A stretch of DNA of 64,000 nucleotides from an uncultured Gemmatimonadales bacterium. Its GTDB lineage: Bacteria; Gemmatimonadota; Gemmatimonadetes; Gemmatimonadales; GWC2-71-9. The stretch is from positions 19,240 through 83,239 of the forward strand of contig CAWJMT010000031.1 of the NCBI GenBank assembly GCA_963844035.1, written 5' to 3'. The notes under the pieces were generated by a model that worked only from the letters and a program-made list of their open reading frames with translations, did no database searches and had not been told where the DNA came from. Positions 36,106 to 45,293 of this stretch are shown here, piece after piece; within the stretch, counting starts at the first letter, position 1; every line of letters starts with the position of its first letter. The translations under genes were made by a program, and so were the position numbers.

Positions 36106-37889
36106 CGAGCCGAAAGACCACCCACGTCAACGCATCCTCCTGGACCCGCACCCGGCGCGTGAGCTGCCGCCCACTCACGTCCACGGTGAGCGTGTAGTCA
36201 CCGGGCGGCACGTCGCTCACGGCAAAGTGCTCGTGATAGGCGGGGTCGGGGTGATTGTGCTCGCCGTAGGTCTCAGCGTACGCGTAGGGCGTCTCCTGCG
36301 GTTCGGCCTTGCGCAGTCCATACACACGCGCCTGTGGCACCGGCCGCCCCTCGGCATCCCACACCTGTCCCGCGACAACACCCGTCCCCGGCAGCGGGGC
36401 GATCCACAACTCCGGATTGACGGTGTAGCGCGGGTATCGCTGGTTCGGATCGACGATCAGCGAAACGGAGTCGGAGGGCGACGCGTGCACCTCAAGGTGC
36501 AGGTGGTCGTTGGTGGCGCGCCGGTGTTGCCGACCTGCGCGATCACATCGCCCTGCTTCACCCGCTGTCCCGCCGACACCAGCAGCGCGCGATTGTGATA
36601 GTAGGTTGAGAAGAGAAACAACGGCTCCCCCTTCGGCCCCTTGGCGCGGCGGTCATGGCGGATCGCCACGGTATTCGAGCCCTGCTCGGCGAGGCCGGCG
36701 AACACGACCACTCCGTCGCCGATCGCGTGGACCGCCGTGCCGTCGGGGTTGTTGAACTCCACTCCCTGATGCTGCTGGAAGTTGCCGCCCATCGTGGAGC
36801 CGTAGCGGTAGGTCTGGTCGATGTACGGCTGGTCGTCGAGGGCGATCGGGCGCGCGAACCAGCTGTGCCGCAACCCGGACGTCGCGGTATCGGGGCGCTG
36901 TGGGACGTTGACGCTGAGCGAGCGTTCGCTCCCTGATCGAACCGGCAGGACGCGAGCCCGCTGGTGCGTCCGATCGCGTACGCACCCGTTGGGCGAGCGG
37001 CAGGAGCGCGGTGGCGAATGGCGCGGCGTCGCAGCTGTTCAGCGCAGGGCCGTCGGATCGGCCGATGCCTTGAGGCGTCGCCGCGTATAGCTCGCCCGAC
37101 GGCGCGCGCGCCAGCGCCTGGACCGGGGGGAGATCACGCCGGTCGATCCACGCGCCCCGCGCCGGATCGAAGCGATACAACCCCCGCTCGGTGCCGACCC
37201 ATGCCGTACCGTCGGCGTTGACGGCGAGCGCCCGCACCCGCGCGGGCGACGGATATTCGCGCCAGCTGCGCCCTCCGTCCTGCGAGCGGGCGATACCGCG
37301 GAGGTGGCCGGCCCACAGGCTGCCATCGGGCCCGGCCCCCAGTGCGTTGACATACTGGCTCGCGATTTTCCCCCACACGTGCGTCGCCGAGCCCGTGCCG
37401 ATAGAATCGGTGATCTCGGCCCAGGTCGCTCCACGATCGTAGGACAGCTTGATCCCGTCTGCCGTCGCGATGTACACCGTGTCGCCGCGCGTCGCGATCC
37501 CATTGGGCGCGACGTATTGCCACTCGGGACCGAGCTGCTTGAATTCCCAGTTCGTCCACGTCTTCCCGCTGTCGGTCGAGACTCCCCAGCCGTTCCCCAC
37601 GGTGCCGTACCAGATCTCCCCATGCGCGCCGAATGCGAAGGCGTGCACGAAGTCCCAGGAGATGGAGTGGGCTGCGCTGTCTTTCGAAAACGCGACGTGC
37701 TCCCACGCTGCGTCCCCGGACCGTAGGACATAGATGCCCTCCCCGTACGTTCCCACCCACACGGTCCCTCCCGGCTCCGCCGCAAGCGCAAGCACGTGCA
37801 CGCCCGCGCCCATCGGGATTGGGGAGCGGCGGCAGTTGCTGAGCGACAGCGGGCGACGCGGCGAGGAGCACGGCGATGAGTGGTCGCAT
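36095..37889 (-). CDS. Secreted multidomain protein: beta-propeller repeats + M23 peptidase + carboxypeptidase-regulatory-like domain (three frameshifts near 37820, 36950, 36520)
   Basis: Signal peptide MRPLIAVLLAASPAVAQQ. Propeller repeats (VWVGTYGEGIYV, IWYGTVGNGWGVSTDSGKTW, LWAGHLRGIARSQDGGRSW, AWVGTERGLYRF). M23 core (HQGVEFNNPDGTAVHAIGDGVVVFAG...GNTG/RATNDHLHLEVH). C-terminal VAGQVWDAEGRPV...PPGDYTLTV. Confidence 0.75.
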
Positions 37890-37891
37890 TC

Positions 37892-38612
37892 TCAGCCTCT
37901 CGGCGTGTAGCTGCCGGGCATCAACCGCATTTCCGTGACGTCGACGCGCGGCGGGCGTGTGACGGCGAACAGCACGGCGGCGGCGACGTCGGACGGGTGC
38001 AACATGTCCTTGCGCTTGGTGAACCCGGGCTTCGAGTCGGGGTCCACCGTGTCCCAGGCCGCGGTGTCCACGGCGCCCGGCGAGATCAACGTGGTGCGCA
38101 CGCCGCTCCCCGCCAGCTCCGCGGCGATGACGCCGTGCATGCCGCGCAGCCCGAACTTGCTGGCGACGTACGCCGCATCGCCCGCGAAGGCGACGTGATC
38201 GGCGATGCTGCCGATGGTGACGAGGTGACCGCTGCCGCGCCGCCGGAGCAGGGGCACGAGCAGGCGCGCGAGCAGGAAGGGGCCGGTGAGATTGGTGGCG
38301 ATCGCCTGCGCGAACTCGGACGCGGTCGTTTCCTCGATCGGCTTCACAAAGAAGACGCCGGCGTTGCTGACGACGACGTCGGGGACGCCGCGCTCGGCGG
38401 TCACCCGCGCCACGACCCGCTCCACCGCGGCCGGATCGGTGACGTCGCACTGCAGGTCGGTCTGGCGCTCGGTGGCGCCGTCCTTCAGGCTGCGCGCCAG
38501 GCGCACGACGTGCGCGCCGGCCGCGCGCAGCTCGTCGGCGACCGCGAGGCCGATGCCGCGCGAGGCGCCGGTGACGAGCGCGAGTTTTCCAGCGAGCGGC
38601 GGCGGCGGTCAC
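37892..38612 (-). CDS. Short-chain dehydrogenase/reductase (frameshift in a GCC run near 38596)
   Basis: GTG 38612 lies 2 nt after the folE stop. LAGKLALVTGASRGIGLAVA...NAGVF...YVASKFGL (YxxxK)...ISPGAVDT. Confidence 0.85.
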
Positions 38613-38613
38613 C

Positions 38614-39264
38614 TCAGCCGCGGCCGCCGTGCACCAGGCGGAGGAACTCGTCGCGCGTCTTGCCGTCCTCCAGCAGGGCGCCGCGCAACGCGCTCGTGAC
38701 CGTCTTGGAGTTCTGCTTCTCGACGCCGCGCATCATCATGCAGAGGTGGTACGCCTCGATGACGACCCCCACCCCGCGCGGCTCGAGCACGCGCATCAGG
38801 GCGTCGGCCATCTGATCGGTGAGCCGCTCCTGCACCTGCAGCCGGCGCGCGAACACCTCGATCACCCGCGGGATCTTGGAGAGGCCCACCAGCCGGCCGT
38901 TCGGGAGATAGGCGACGTGCGCCTTCCCGAAGAACGGCAGCATGTGGTGCTCGCACAGGGAGTAGATCTCGATGTCGCGCACGCACACCAGGTTGTCGTG
39001 CGGCTCATCGTAGAGCGCGTCGCCGATCACGTCTTCGACGGAGATCCCGTAGCCGCGCGTCAGCCACTTGAGCGAGGTCTCGACGCGCGTCGGCGTACGG
39101 CGCAGACCTTCCCGTGTCGGGTCCTCGCCGAGCTGGACGAGCATCTCCCGCATCAGCCCGTCGAAGGGCAGCGCCGCGCCCGACGGCCGGGGCGGGGCCG
39201 CCTGCGAGCCGTGATCGTCGTGGAAGCTGTGCCGGCTGGCGGACTTCATCTTGTCACGAGCCAT
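38614..39264 (-). CDS. folE: GTP cyclohydrolase I
   Basis: [50 protein letters not shown]...[14 protein letters not shown]. Confidence 0.95.
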   Translation of the reverse strand: MARDKMKSASRHSFHDDHGSQAAPPRPSGAALPFDGLMREMLVQLGEDPTREGLRRTPTRVETSLKWLTRGYGISVEDVIGDALYDEPHDNLVCVRDIEIYSLCEHHMLPFFGKAHVAYLPNGRLVGLSKIPRVIEVFARRLQVQERLTDQMADALMRVLEPRGVGVVIEAYHLCMMMRGVEKQNSKTVTSALRGALLEDGKTRDEFLRLVHGGRG

Positions 39265-39667
39265 CGTAGTCCACGTAGTTGCGCTCCGTCTCCCACAGAC
39301 GGATCCGCTTGAGGGTCGCCGGCTTCAGCGCGGGCGCCAGGACGCGCCACGATACGACGGCGATGTTCTCCGCCGTGGGATTCAGCTCGGCAAACCAAGG
39401 AACGTCCAGGTTGAGATTCTTGTGGTCCAGGTGCCGCAGCAGGCACTCGGTGGCGATCTGCTTGATGCGCTGCACGTCCATCACGTACCCCGTCTCGGGA
39501 TCGATGTCGCCTTCCACCGAGATCTCGAGGTTGTAGTTGTGGCCGTGGTAGTTGGGGTTGGCGCACACGCCGAACGTCGCCTCGTTCTCCGCGTCGGAGA
39601 GGCGCCGGTCGTACAACCGGTGCGCCGCGTTGAAGTGCACGCAGCGGGTGACTACGCAACGAGGCAT
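39254..39667 (-). CDS. 6-pyruvoyl-tetrahydropterin synthase, mammalian-like (C-x5-HGH) type
   Basis: [53 protein letters not shown]...[26 protein letters not shown] aligns by eye almost motif-for-motif with animal PTPS. The track ORF 39254..39967 is over-extended. Confidence 0.85.
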   Translation of the reverse strand: MPRCVVTRCVHFNAAHRLYDRRLSDAENEATFGVCANPNYHGHNYNLEISVEGDIDPETGYVMDVQRIKQIATECLLRHLDHKNLNLDVPWFAELNPTAENIAVVSWRVLAPALKPATLKRIRLWETERNYVDYDGS

Positions 39668-39670
39668 CGC

Positions 39671-39699
39671 TTGTTGGGCCTCCGGGGCAGGACTATATT
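39671..39699 (+). promoter_or_regulatory. Sigma70-like promoter placing the TSS at or next to the antiporter GTG (possible leaderless mRNA)
   Basis: TTGTTG (39671-39676), 17 nt, TATATT (39694-39699); the GTG start at 39708 is 8 nt downstream of the -10. Confidence 0.4.
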
Positions 39700-39707
39700 C
39701 GGCTCGC

Positions 39708-40896
39708 GTGAGACTAAAGGTACTCGCATCGATCACCGCAGCGGGAGGCTCCGCCCTCTCGGCCCTGTGGACCTTCCCGAGTCTGCTCGCGTCCGCGTTC
39801 CTGGTCGCATGGGGCGCGGAGGCGGCCCAGTTCATCATTTCGCAGGGCCTCGCGCTCGCGCTGCTCGCGTGGCTCCAGACGCTGCCGGAGTTCGCGGTCG
39901 AGGCGGTGATCGCCTGGGACGCCGGCGCCGATCCCGAAATCGCCCACCTCGCGATCGCGAACCTCACCGGCGCGATCCGCCTGCTGCTCGGGCTCGGCTG
40001 GCCGATGATCTACTTCGTGTTCGCGGCCTTCAGCCGGACGCGCGGGACGGAGCGCCTGCCCGTCATCCAGCTGCACCCCGAGCACGCCGTGGAGATCGTC
40101 GGCCTGGTGCCGCCGCTGCTCTACTTCGGCGTGATCCTCGCCAAGAGCCGCTTCAGCTGGGTGGACGCGATCGTGCTCGTGGCGCTGTACGTCGCCTACC
40201 TGTGGGTGCTGTTCCGCAGCCCGCCGCACGAAAAGGAAAAGGTCGCCGAGGCCCCGATTGTGTCCCAATGGGCGTACAACCAGCCGGGATGGCGCCGCTA
40301 CGCGGCGATCGGCGGGCTGTTCGTGGGCGGCGGCGTGCTGCTCATGATCACGGTGCATCCGTTTCTCGAGTCGATGCTCGCCGTGGCCACGACCCTGGGC
40401 GTCAGCCACTTCGTGTTCGTGCAGTGGGTGGCGCCGTTCCTGTCGGAGTTCCCGGAAAAGGTTTCCGCGTTCTACTGGGCCCGGCGCGTGACGCACGCCC
40501 CGATGGCGCTCATGAACATGGTGTCGAGCAACATCAATCAGTGGACCGTCCTGGCCGCGATGATCCCGCTGGTGTACGGGTACTCGACGTGGCACCACCA
40601 TGGCACATGGATGGACTTCCACTTCGACGACGCGCAACGAGCTCGAGATCCTGCTGACGCTGCTTCAGACGGGCGTCGGCGTGATGCTGCTCGCGAACAT
40701 GAAGTTCGACTGGATGGACGCCACCATCATCTTCGTGTTGTGGCTCGCGCAGTTCCTGCGGCCGAGCCTGCGGGAAGAGATCGCCGTCGCATACGGGCTC
40801 TGGATGGCGATTCTGGCCGTGGGCTTCGTGGTGCGTGGACAGGCGCTGCTCGCTCCGAGGTACTTCTGGGACGTGGTTCGCCGCCGCATGTCCTGA
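39708..40896 (+). CDS. Cation/Ca2+ exchanger-like polytopic membrane protein (frameshift near 40635)
   Basis: Two internal repeats each with a PE-containing helix (LQTLPEFAVEAVIA; VAPFLSEFPEKV) and about 10 TM helices. The C-terminal helices are in ORF 40600..40896. Confidence 0.55.
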
Positions 40897-41138
40897 AACG
40901 CGATCGGCCGGACCCGCGTAATGGAGCCCGGCCGACCGGTTACAAGGACGAAGAGGGATATTGAAGCCCGAAAGGAATCATTGGCCCTCACCGTAGCGTC
41001 TGTCTTCCCCGCGAAGGGGCATGACATAGGTTACAGTATGCGGGACCTCGGTCGAGCTGTTGGCTCAATAGTGAAACTCTCCGCCCCGCCAAAGCATTAC
41101 ACGGTGGCGCGACGACGTCAAGGAGATCGGTCACATCC

Positions 41139-41300
41139 ATGAATCTCACGCTGCTGGCGGCGCTCGCTTGCCTCATCGCCTGGCTCGTCCTGGTGTTCGT
41201 CGCGCACATCGGCAGCGGTCCGGTGCAGCTGCTCTGGGCAGCCGCGGTACTGCTGTTCGCGCGACGCGTGCTCACCGGCGCTCCCCGGTTCCGCTCCTGA
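41139..41300 (+). CDS. 53-aa two-helix membrane peptide (below the ORF-track size cut-off)
   Basis: AAGGAG at 41121-41126, then ATG 41139: MNLTLLAALACLIAWLVLVFVAHIGSGPVQLLWAAAVLLFARRVLTGAPRFRS. Confidence 0.45.
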   Translation: MNLTLLAALACLIAWLVLVFVAHIGSGPVQLLWAAAVLLFARRVLTGAPRFRS

Positions 41301-41314
41301 AAGGGATCTCCACG

Positions 41315-43375
41315 ATGATCCGGCGTTCCACGCTCGTCGCGGCGCTCGCGGTCCACGGCGCCGCGCTCACGCTCGCCGCCCAAGCCCCCGCCCCCGCCAG
41401 CGCGCAGCACGGCATCAACCGGGCGTACATGGATACGACCTGCCTGCCGTGCCGCGACTTTTTCGGCTACGCCAACGGCGCCTGGCTCAACTCGGCGACG
41501 ATCCCGGCCTCGTACTCGAATACCGGCACCGCCCGCGAGCTGTACGACCGCAATCAAGCGACGCTCCGCCGGGTGCTCGATCGTGCCGCGGCGGCAGCCG
41601 ACACCACGCACGATCCGGCGCTACGCAAAGTCGGCGCGTTCTACGCGAGCTGCATGGATTCGGTGCGAGCCAACCGCGCGGGGGCGGCGCCGATCGCCAA
41701 CGAGCTGCGTCTGATCGCCGCGATCAAGACCACCAGCGACCTCCAGCGCGAGATCGCCCGGCTCATGCAGGTGCAGGTGTACGCCCCGTTCTACTTCTCG
41801 GCGGAAGTCGACCCGAAGGAGAGCAGCCGCTACGTGGGACAGCTGTACCAGGACGGGCTCGGCCTGCCGGATCGGGAGTACTACTTCAAGACCGACCCCG
41901 CGTCGGACTCGTTGCGCCGGGACTACGTGGCGCACGTCGCCCGGACGCTGACCTTGCTCGGCACGCCGGCCGCAACGGCCGGGCAGGACGCCGCCCGGGT
42001 GCTGCGGCTCGAAACGGCGCTCGCCGAGTCCTCGATGACGCTCGTCGCGCAGCGCGACCCGACCGCCGTGTACCACAGGATGACGGTGCGGGAGCTCCAG
42101 GCGCTGGCACCGGCGTTCGAGTGGCCGGCGTTCTTCGGGATGGTCGGCGTGCCGGCGTTGGGATCGCTCGACGCCACGCTCGACGTCTCGCAGCCCGCGT
42201 TCCTGCGACTGGTGAGCGATCGAGCCGCCTACGGGCCGCTCGAGGACTGGCGCGTGTACCTGCGCTGGCAGGTGGGGCAGACCATGGCGCCGGCACTCGG
42301 CGCCGCGTTTTTCGCGGAGCATTTCCGGTTTGAGTCACGGCTGCGCGGCACCAAGGAGCCGCTGCCGCGCTGGAAACGCTGTGCCGCCGCGACCGATAAC
42401 GCGCTCGGGGAAGCGCTCGGCAAGGCGTACGTCGAAACCGAGTTCCCTCCCGCCGCCAAGGCGCGGGTGGTCGGCATCGTGGACAATCTGCAGGCCGCGT
42501 TCGCGGAGCGGTTGCGGCACCTGACCTGGATGAGCGACTCGACCAGGGCCCAGGCTCAGGACAAGCTCAGCAAGGTGCTGCGCAAGATCGGGTACCCGGA
42601 CACGTGGCGCGACTACTCCCTGCTGACGGTCAAGGACACGGCGGCGTTCGCATCCAACGTGATCAACGCGCGCGGGTTCGAAGGGCGGCGCCAGCTCGCC
42701 AAGATCGGCACGCCGGTGAACCGCCTGGAATGGGCCTTTAGCCCGCCGACGGTGAACGCGTTCTACAATCCCAATACCAACGAGATCACCTTCCCCGCCG
42801 GGATCCTGCAGCCGCCGTTCTTCGATGCGGCGGCGGACGACGCGGTGAACTACGGCGGCATCGGAGGGGTGATCGGCCACGAGCTGACCCACGGCTTCGA
42901 CGACGAGGGGCGGCAGTTCGACGCCGCCGGCAATCTGCGGGACTGGTGGACGGCGGAGGACGCAGCGCGCTTCTCCGACCGGGCGCGCCGGGTGGTCACG
43001 CAATTCAACGGCTACGTCGCGGTCGACACCCTGCATGTGAACGGCGAGCTGACGCTGGGTGAGAACATCGCGGACCTGGGCGGCCTCGCGATCGCGTTCG
43101 ACGCGTTCCAGCGCTCCCTCGCAGGGAAGCCGGCTCCGCCGGCGATCGACGGCTTTACCGCCGAACAGCGGTTTTTCCTGGCGGCCGGCCAAGTGTGGCG
43201 CAGTCTCACGCGGCAGGAAACGGCGCGCCTGCGCGCCCTGACCGATCCCCATTCACCGCCCCGCTGGCGGGTGAACGGGCCGATGTCGAATATCCCGGCG
43301 TTCGCGAAGGCGTTCGGTTGCAAGCCGGGAGATCCGATGGTGCGACCGGACAGTGTGAGGGCGGAGATCTGGTAG
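41315..43375 (+). CDS. M13-family zinc metallopeptidase (PepO / endothelin-converting-enzyme-like), secreted
   Basis: Signal peptide MIRRSTLVAALAVHGAALTLAAQA, CRDFFGYANGAW, NAFYNPNTNEITFPAGILQPPFF, VIGHELTHGFD (HExxH), GENIADLGG. Confidence 0.9.
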   Translation: MIRRSTLVAALAVHGAALTLAAQAPAPASAQHGINRAYMDTTCLPCRDFFGYANGAWLNSATIPASYSNTGTARELYDRNQATLRRVLDRAAAAADTTHDPALRKVGAFYASCMDSVRANRAGAAPIANELRLIAAIKTTSDLQREIARLMQVQVYAPFYFSAEVDPKESSRYVGQLYQDGLGLPDREYYFKTDPASDSLRRDYVAHVARTLTLLGTPAATAGQDAARVLRLETALAESSMTLVAQRDPTAVYHRMTVRELQALAPAFEWPAFFGMVGVPALGSLDATLDVSQPAFLRLVSDRAAYGPLEDWRVYLRWQVGQTMAPALGAAFFAEHFRFESRLRGTKEPLPRWKRCAAATDNALGEALGKAYVETEFPPAAKARVVGIVDNLQAAFAERLRHLTWMSDSTRAQAQDKLSKVLRKIGYPDTWRDYSLLTVKDTAAFASNVINARGFEGRRQLAKIGTPVNRLEWAFSPPTVNAFYNPNTNEITFPAGILQPPFFDAAADDAVNYGGIGGVIGHELTHGFDDEGRQFDAAGNLRDWWTAEDAARFSDRARRVVTQFNGYVAVDTLHVNGELTLGENIADLGGLAIAFDAFQRSLAGKPAPPAIDGFTAEQRFFLAAGQVWRSLTRQETARLRALTDPHSPPRWRVNGPMSNIPAFAKAFGCKPGDPMVRPDSVRAEIW

Positions 43376-43393
43376 CGGCTACCGCAAACGACG

Positions 43394-43427
43394 AGCGGGG
43401 CAACCGGGTGTTACCCGGTGCCCCGCT
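43394..43427. terminator. Bidirectional GC hairpin between convergent pepO-like and OMP genes
   Basis: agcggggca-accgggtgttacccgg-tgccccgct (9-bp outer stem with an inner ccggg/cccgg stem). Confidence 0.6.
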
Positions 43428-43451
43428 TGCAAACAACCGAAACCGTTTTCC

Positions 43452-43976
43452 TTAGAAGCCGAACGCCAGGCCGAGCGTGACGGGAAAGAACGTCATGTCG
43501 CTGCCGCCGTCGTTCATCACGCCGATGTAGCGCGCTTCGGCGAACAGATTCATCCCGCCGAGGCCGAAGGTCAAGCCACCGCCGGCGTTATAGCCCATCT
43601 CCGAGCTAGAGCCAGCGCCCACGTCCACGTTGTAGATGCCCACGCCACCGAGCACGTAGAACTTGACCGGCACCGCCGGGGCGCCAATGCGATAGACCAG
43701 GTCGGCGGAGCCACCGCTCAGGGTGGTGCTGCCGCTCAGGATGGTCTCGTCATGCGTGGTCTGGGAATACATGCCGTCCACGCGCACACCGAGACCCGTC
43801 AGGGGGAGGCCGACTTCGACGGCGCCCAGCACGTGCCAGCCCGCGTTGTCCAAGGTGGAGTAGTCACCGGACGGCAGGATGCCGCCCGCACCGACACTGA
43901 CCTTGACATGCTGCGCGCTCGCCGTCGAGGCGACGATAAAGCCAAGGGCCAAAACGCTCAAGAAAACCCGCTTCAT
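43452..43976 (-). CDS. Small outer-membrane beta-barrel protein
   Basis: Signal peptide MKRVFLSVLALGFIVASTASAQ, alternating strands, and a terminal ...LGLAFGF. GGGAGG RBS. Confidence 0.7.
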   Translation of the reverse strand: MKRVFLSVLALGFIVASTASAQHVKVSVGAGGILPSGDYSTLDNAGWHVLGAVEVGLPLTGLGVRVDGMYSQTTHDETILSGSTTLSGGSADLVYRIGAPAVPVKFYVLGGVGIYNVDVGAGSSSEMGYNAGGGLTFGLGGMNLFAEARYIGVMNDGGSDMTFFPVTLGLAFGF

Positions 43977-44077
43977 GTGATCCTCCCTAAGTCGTTGATC
44001 TCGTTAATGTGCCGTGAACGGGAGGGAGGATATCAGCACTGTCAAAATAACGACGTGATGCAGATCACACACGATAC

Positions 44078-44106
44078 TTAATAGCTTGTATTACAGCGAT
44101 TTACAA
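44078..44106 (-). promoter_or_regulatory. Candidate sigma70-like promoter for the OMP gene in an AT-richer gap
   Basis: Minus strand: TTGTAA (44106-44101), 17 nt, TATTAA (44083-44078). Confidence 0.3.
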
Positions 44107-44141
44107 TCTAGTGCGTAGCGACCAAAACTACGACACCACAG

Positions 44142-44234
44142 CTATGGTGAGGATCGTGACGGGCACTCCGATAACGGCAGCCGCTGGACGGCGATGAGCA
44201 GGTAGGTGACGGCGAAGATGAGGAGGCCGAGCAT
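44142..44234 (-). pseudogene. 30-codon remnant resembling the N-terminus of an ArsB/NhaD-type (SLC13-like) permease
   Basis: MLGLLIFAVTYLLIAVQRLP... then immediate degeneration and a stop; abuts the heptamer palindrome. Confidence 0.3.
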
Positions 44235-44246
44235 GAAGACGAAGGC

Positions 44247-44320
44247 GGTGTCGGGTGTCAGGTGTCAGGTGTCAGGGATTCGCCGCAGTGCCTGACACCT
44301 GGCACCTGACACCTGACACC
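44247..44320. repeat. (GGTGTCA)n palindrome, second copy
   Basis: ggtgtcgggtgtcaggtgtcaggtgtcagg-gattcgccgcagtg-cctgacacctggcacctgacacctgacacc; starts 5 nt beyond the GNAT stop. Confidence 0.9.
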
Positions 44321-44324
44321 TCTT

Positions 44325-45293
44325 TCATATCTCCCAGTTCGAGAACAACACGCCCCCGGACACCTCCGGCTCCGGGTACCCCTCGTAGGTCATGCGCAGG
44401 TCGGTCCACCGCACCCGGTATCCGCGCTCGACGAGATGCCGAAACGCCTGCGTGTGGCGCGTCTCGCACCGCACCGCGACGCGGCGGATGCCGGCCCGCG
44501 CCGCCGCGGCTTCGGTCGCCGCCATCACGGCACGGAAGGCGCGCTCGTCGCGGGCGGCCAGCTTGAGGATGCGCACCTCTTCCTTGGGCCGGCCCTCGGC
44601 GAGGGGCGCCGCGTGCCACACCACGAGCCCGTCGAGCCCGGTGGAGCCTTCGAGCAGCGTGGTGTCGCCGAGCCCGAGCTGCGCGGTGAGCAGGATCTCC
44701 CGCGTGAAGTCGGGGCCGCGCGCGAGCTGCGCAACGAGGCGGCTCGCCGCCTCCGTGGCCGCTAGCCGGTCGGCAGGCTGGCGCTGCGACATGAGCGCCG
44801 GCGCGGTATGACCCCGCGTCCCGATGTCGAGCGTCATGGTGAGGGTGAGGTGGCCGGGAGTGAACCCCAGACGGGCGTAGAACCCGATGTTCTCGACCGT
44901 GCGCGGCATGGTCTCGAGTCCCAGCGTCGTCACACCTTGATCCATCAGCCAGTCCGCGGCGGCGCGCACGATCCGCTTGCCGATCCCGACGCCCTGCTGG
45001 TCGGGGCGCACCGCGAGCGGGCCCATCCACCCCTCGGCGCCCGAGCGGTGCGCGATGTTGAACGCGGCGATCTGGCCGGCGTCGTCACGCCACACCATGG
45101 CCCCGTCCCCCGCATCCTGCAGCGCATAGCGCCAGATCTGGGGATTGAGGTACGGGACGCGCACGCCGACCAGCCCGTCGCGCCGGTAGCGGTCCGTGAA
45201 CGCGTCCGCGAACACGCGGTTCAGGCCTTCGATATCGCGTTCCTGGGCGCGCTCCGGCCCGGAGACGTGCCGCTCAGGCAGCCACGCCCGCAT
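44325..45293 (-). CDS. GNAT-family N-acetyltransferase (tandem GNAT-like halves)
   Basis: GPLAVRPDQQGVGIGKRIVRAAADWLMDQG acetyl-CoA motif; last gene of the nurA-herA-sbcDC operon. Confidence 0.75.
   Translation of the reverse strand: MRAWLPERHVSGPERAQERDIEGLNRVFADAFTDRYRRDGLVGVRVPYLNPQIWRYALQDAGDGAMVWRDDAGQIAAFNIAHRSGAEGWMGPLAVRPDQQGVGIGKRIVRAAADWLMDQGVTTLGLETMPRTVENIGFYARLGFTPGHLTLTMTLDIGTRGHTAPALMSQRQPADRLAATEAASRLVAQLARGPDFTREILLTAQLGLGDTTLLEGSTGLDGLVVWHAAPLAEGRPKEEVRILKLAARDERAFRAVMAATEAAAARAGIRRVAVRCETRHTQAFRHLVERGYRVRWTDLRMTYEGYPEPEVSGGVLFSNWEI

Noticed and set aside
40904-40935. Hairpin tcggccgg...ccggccga after the exchanger-like gene as a terminator, and the 240-nt gap 40897-41138 as a riboswitch
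   Set aside because: The stem is only 8 bp with a 16-nt loop and no U-tract. I recognise no riboswitch core in the gap.
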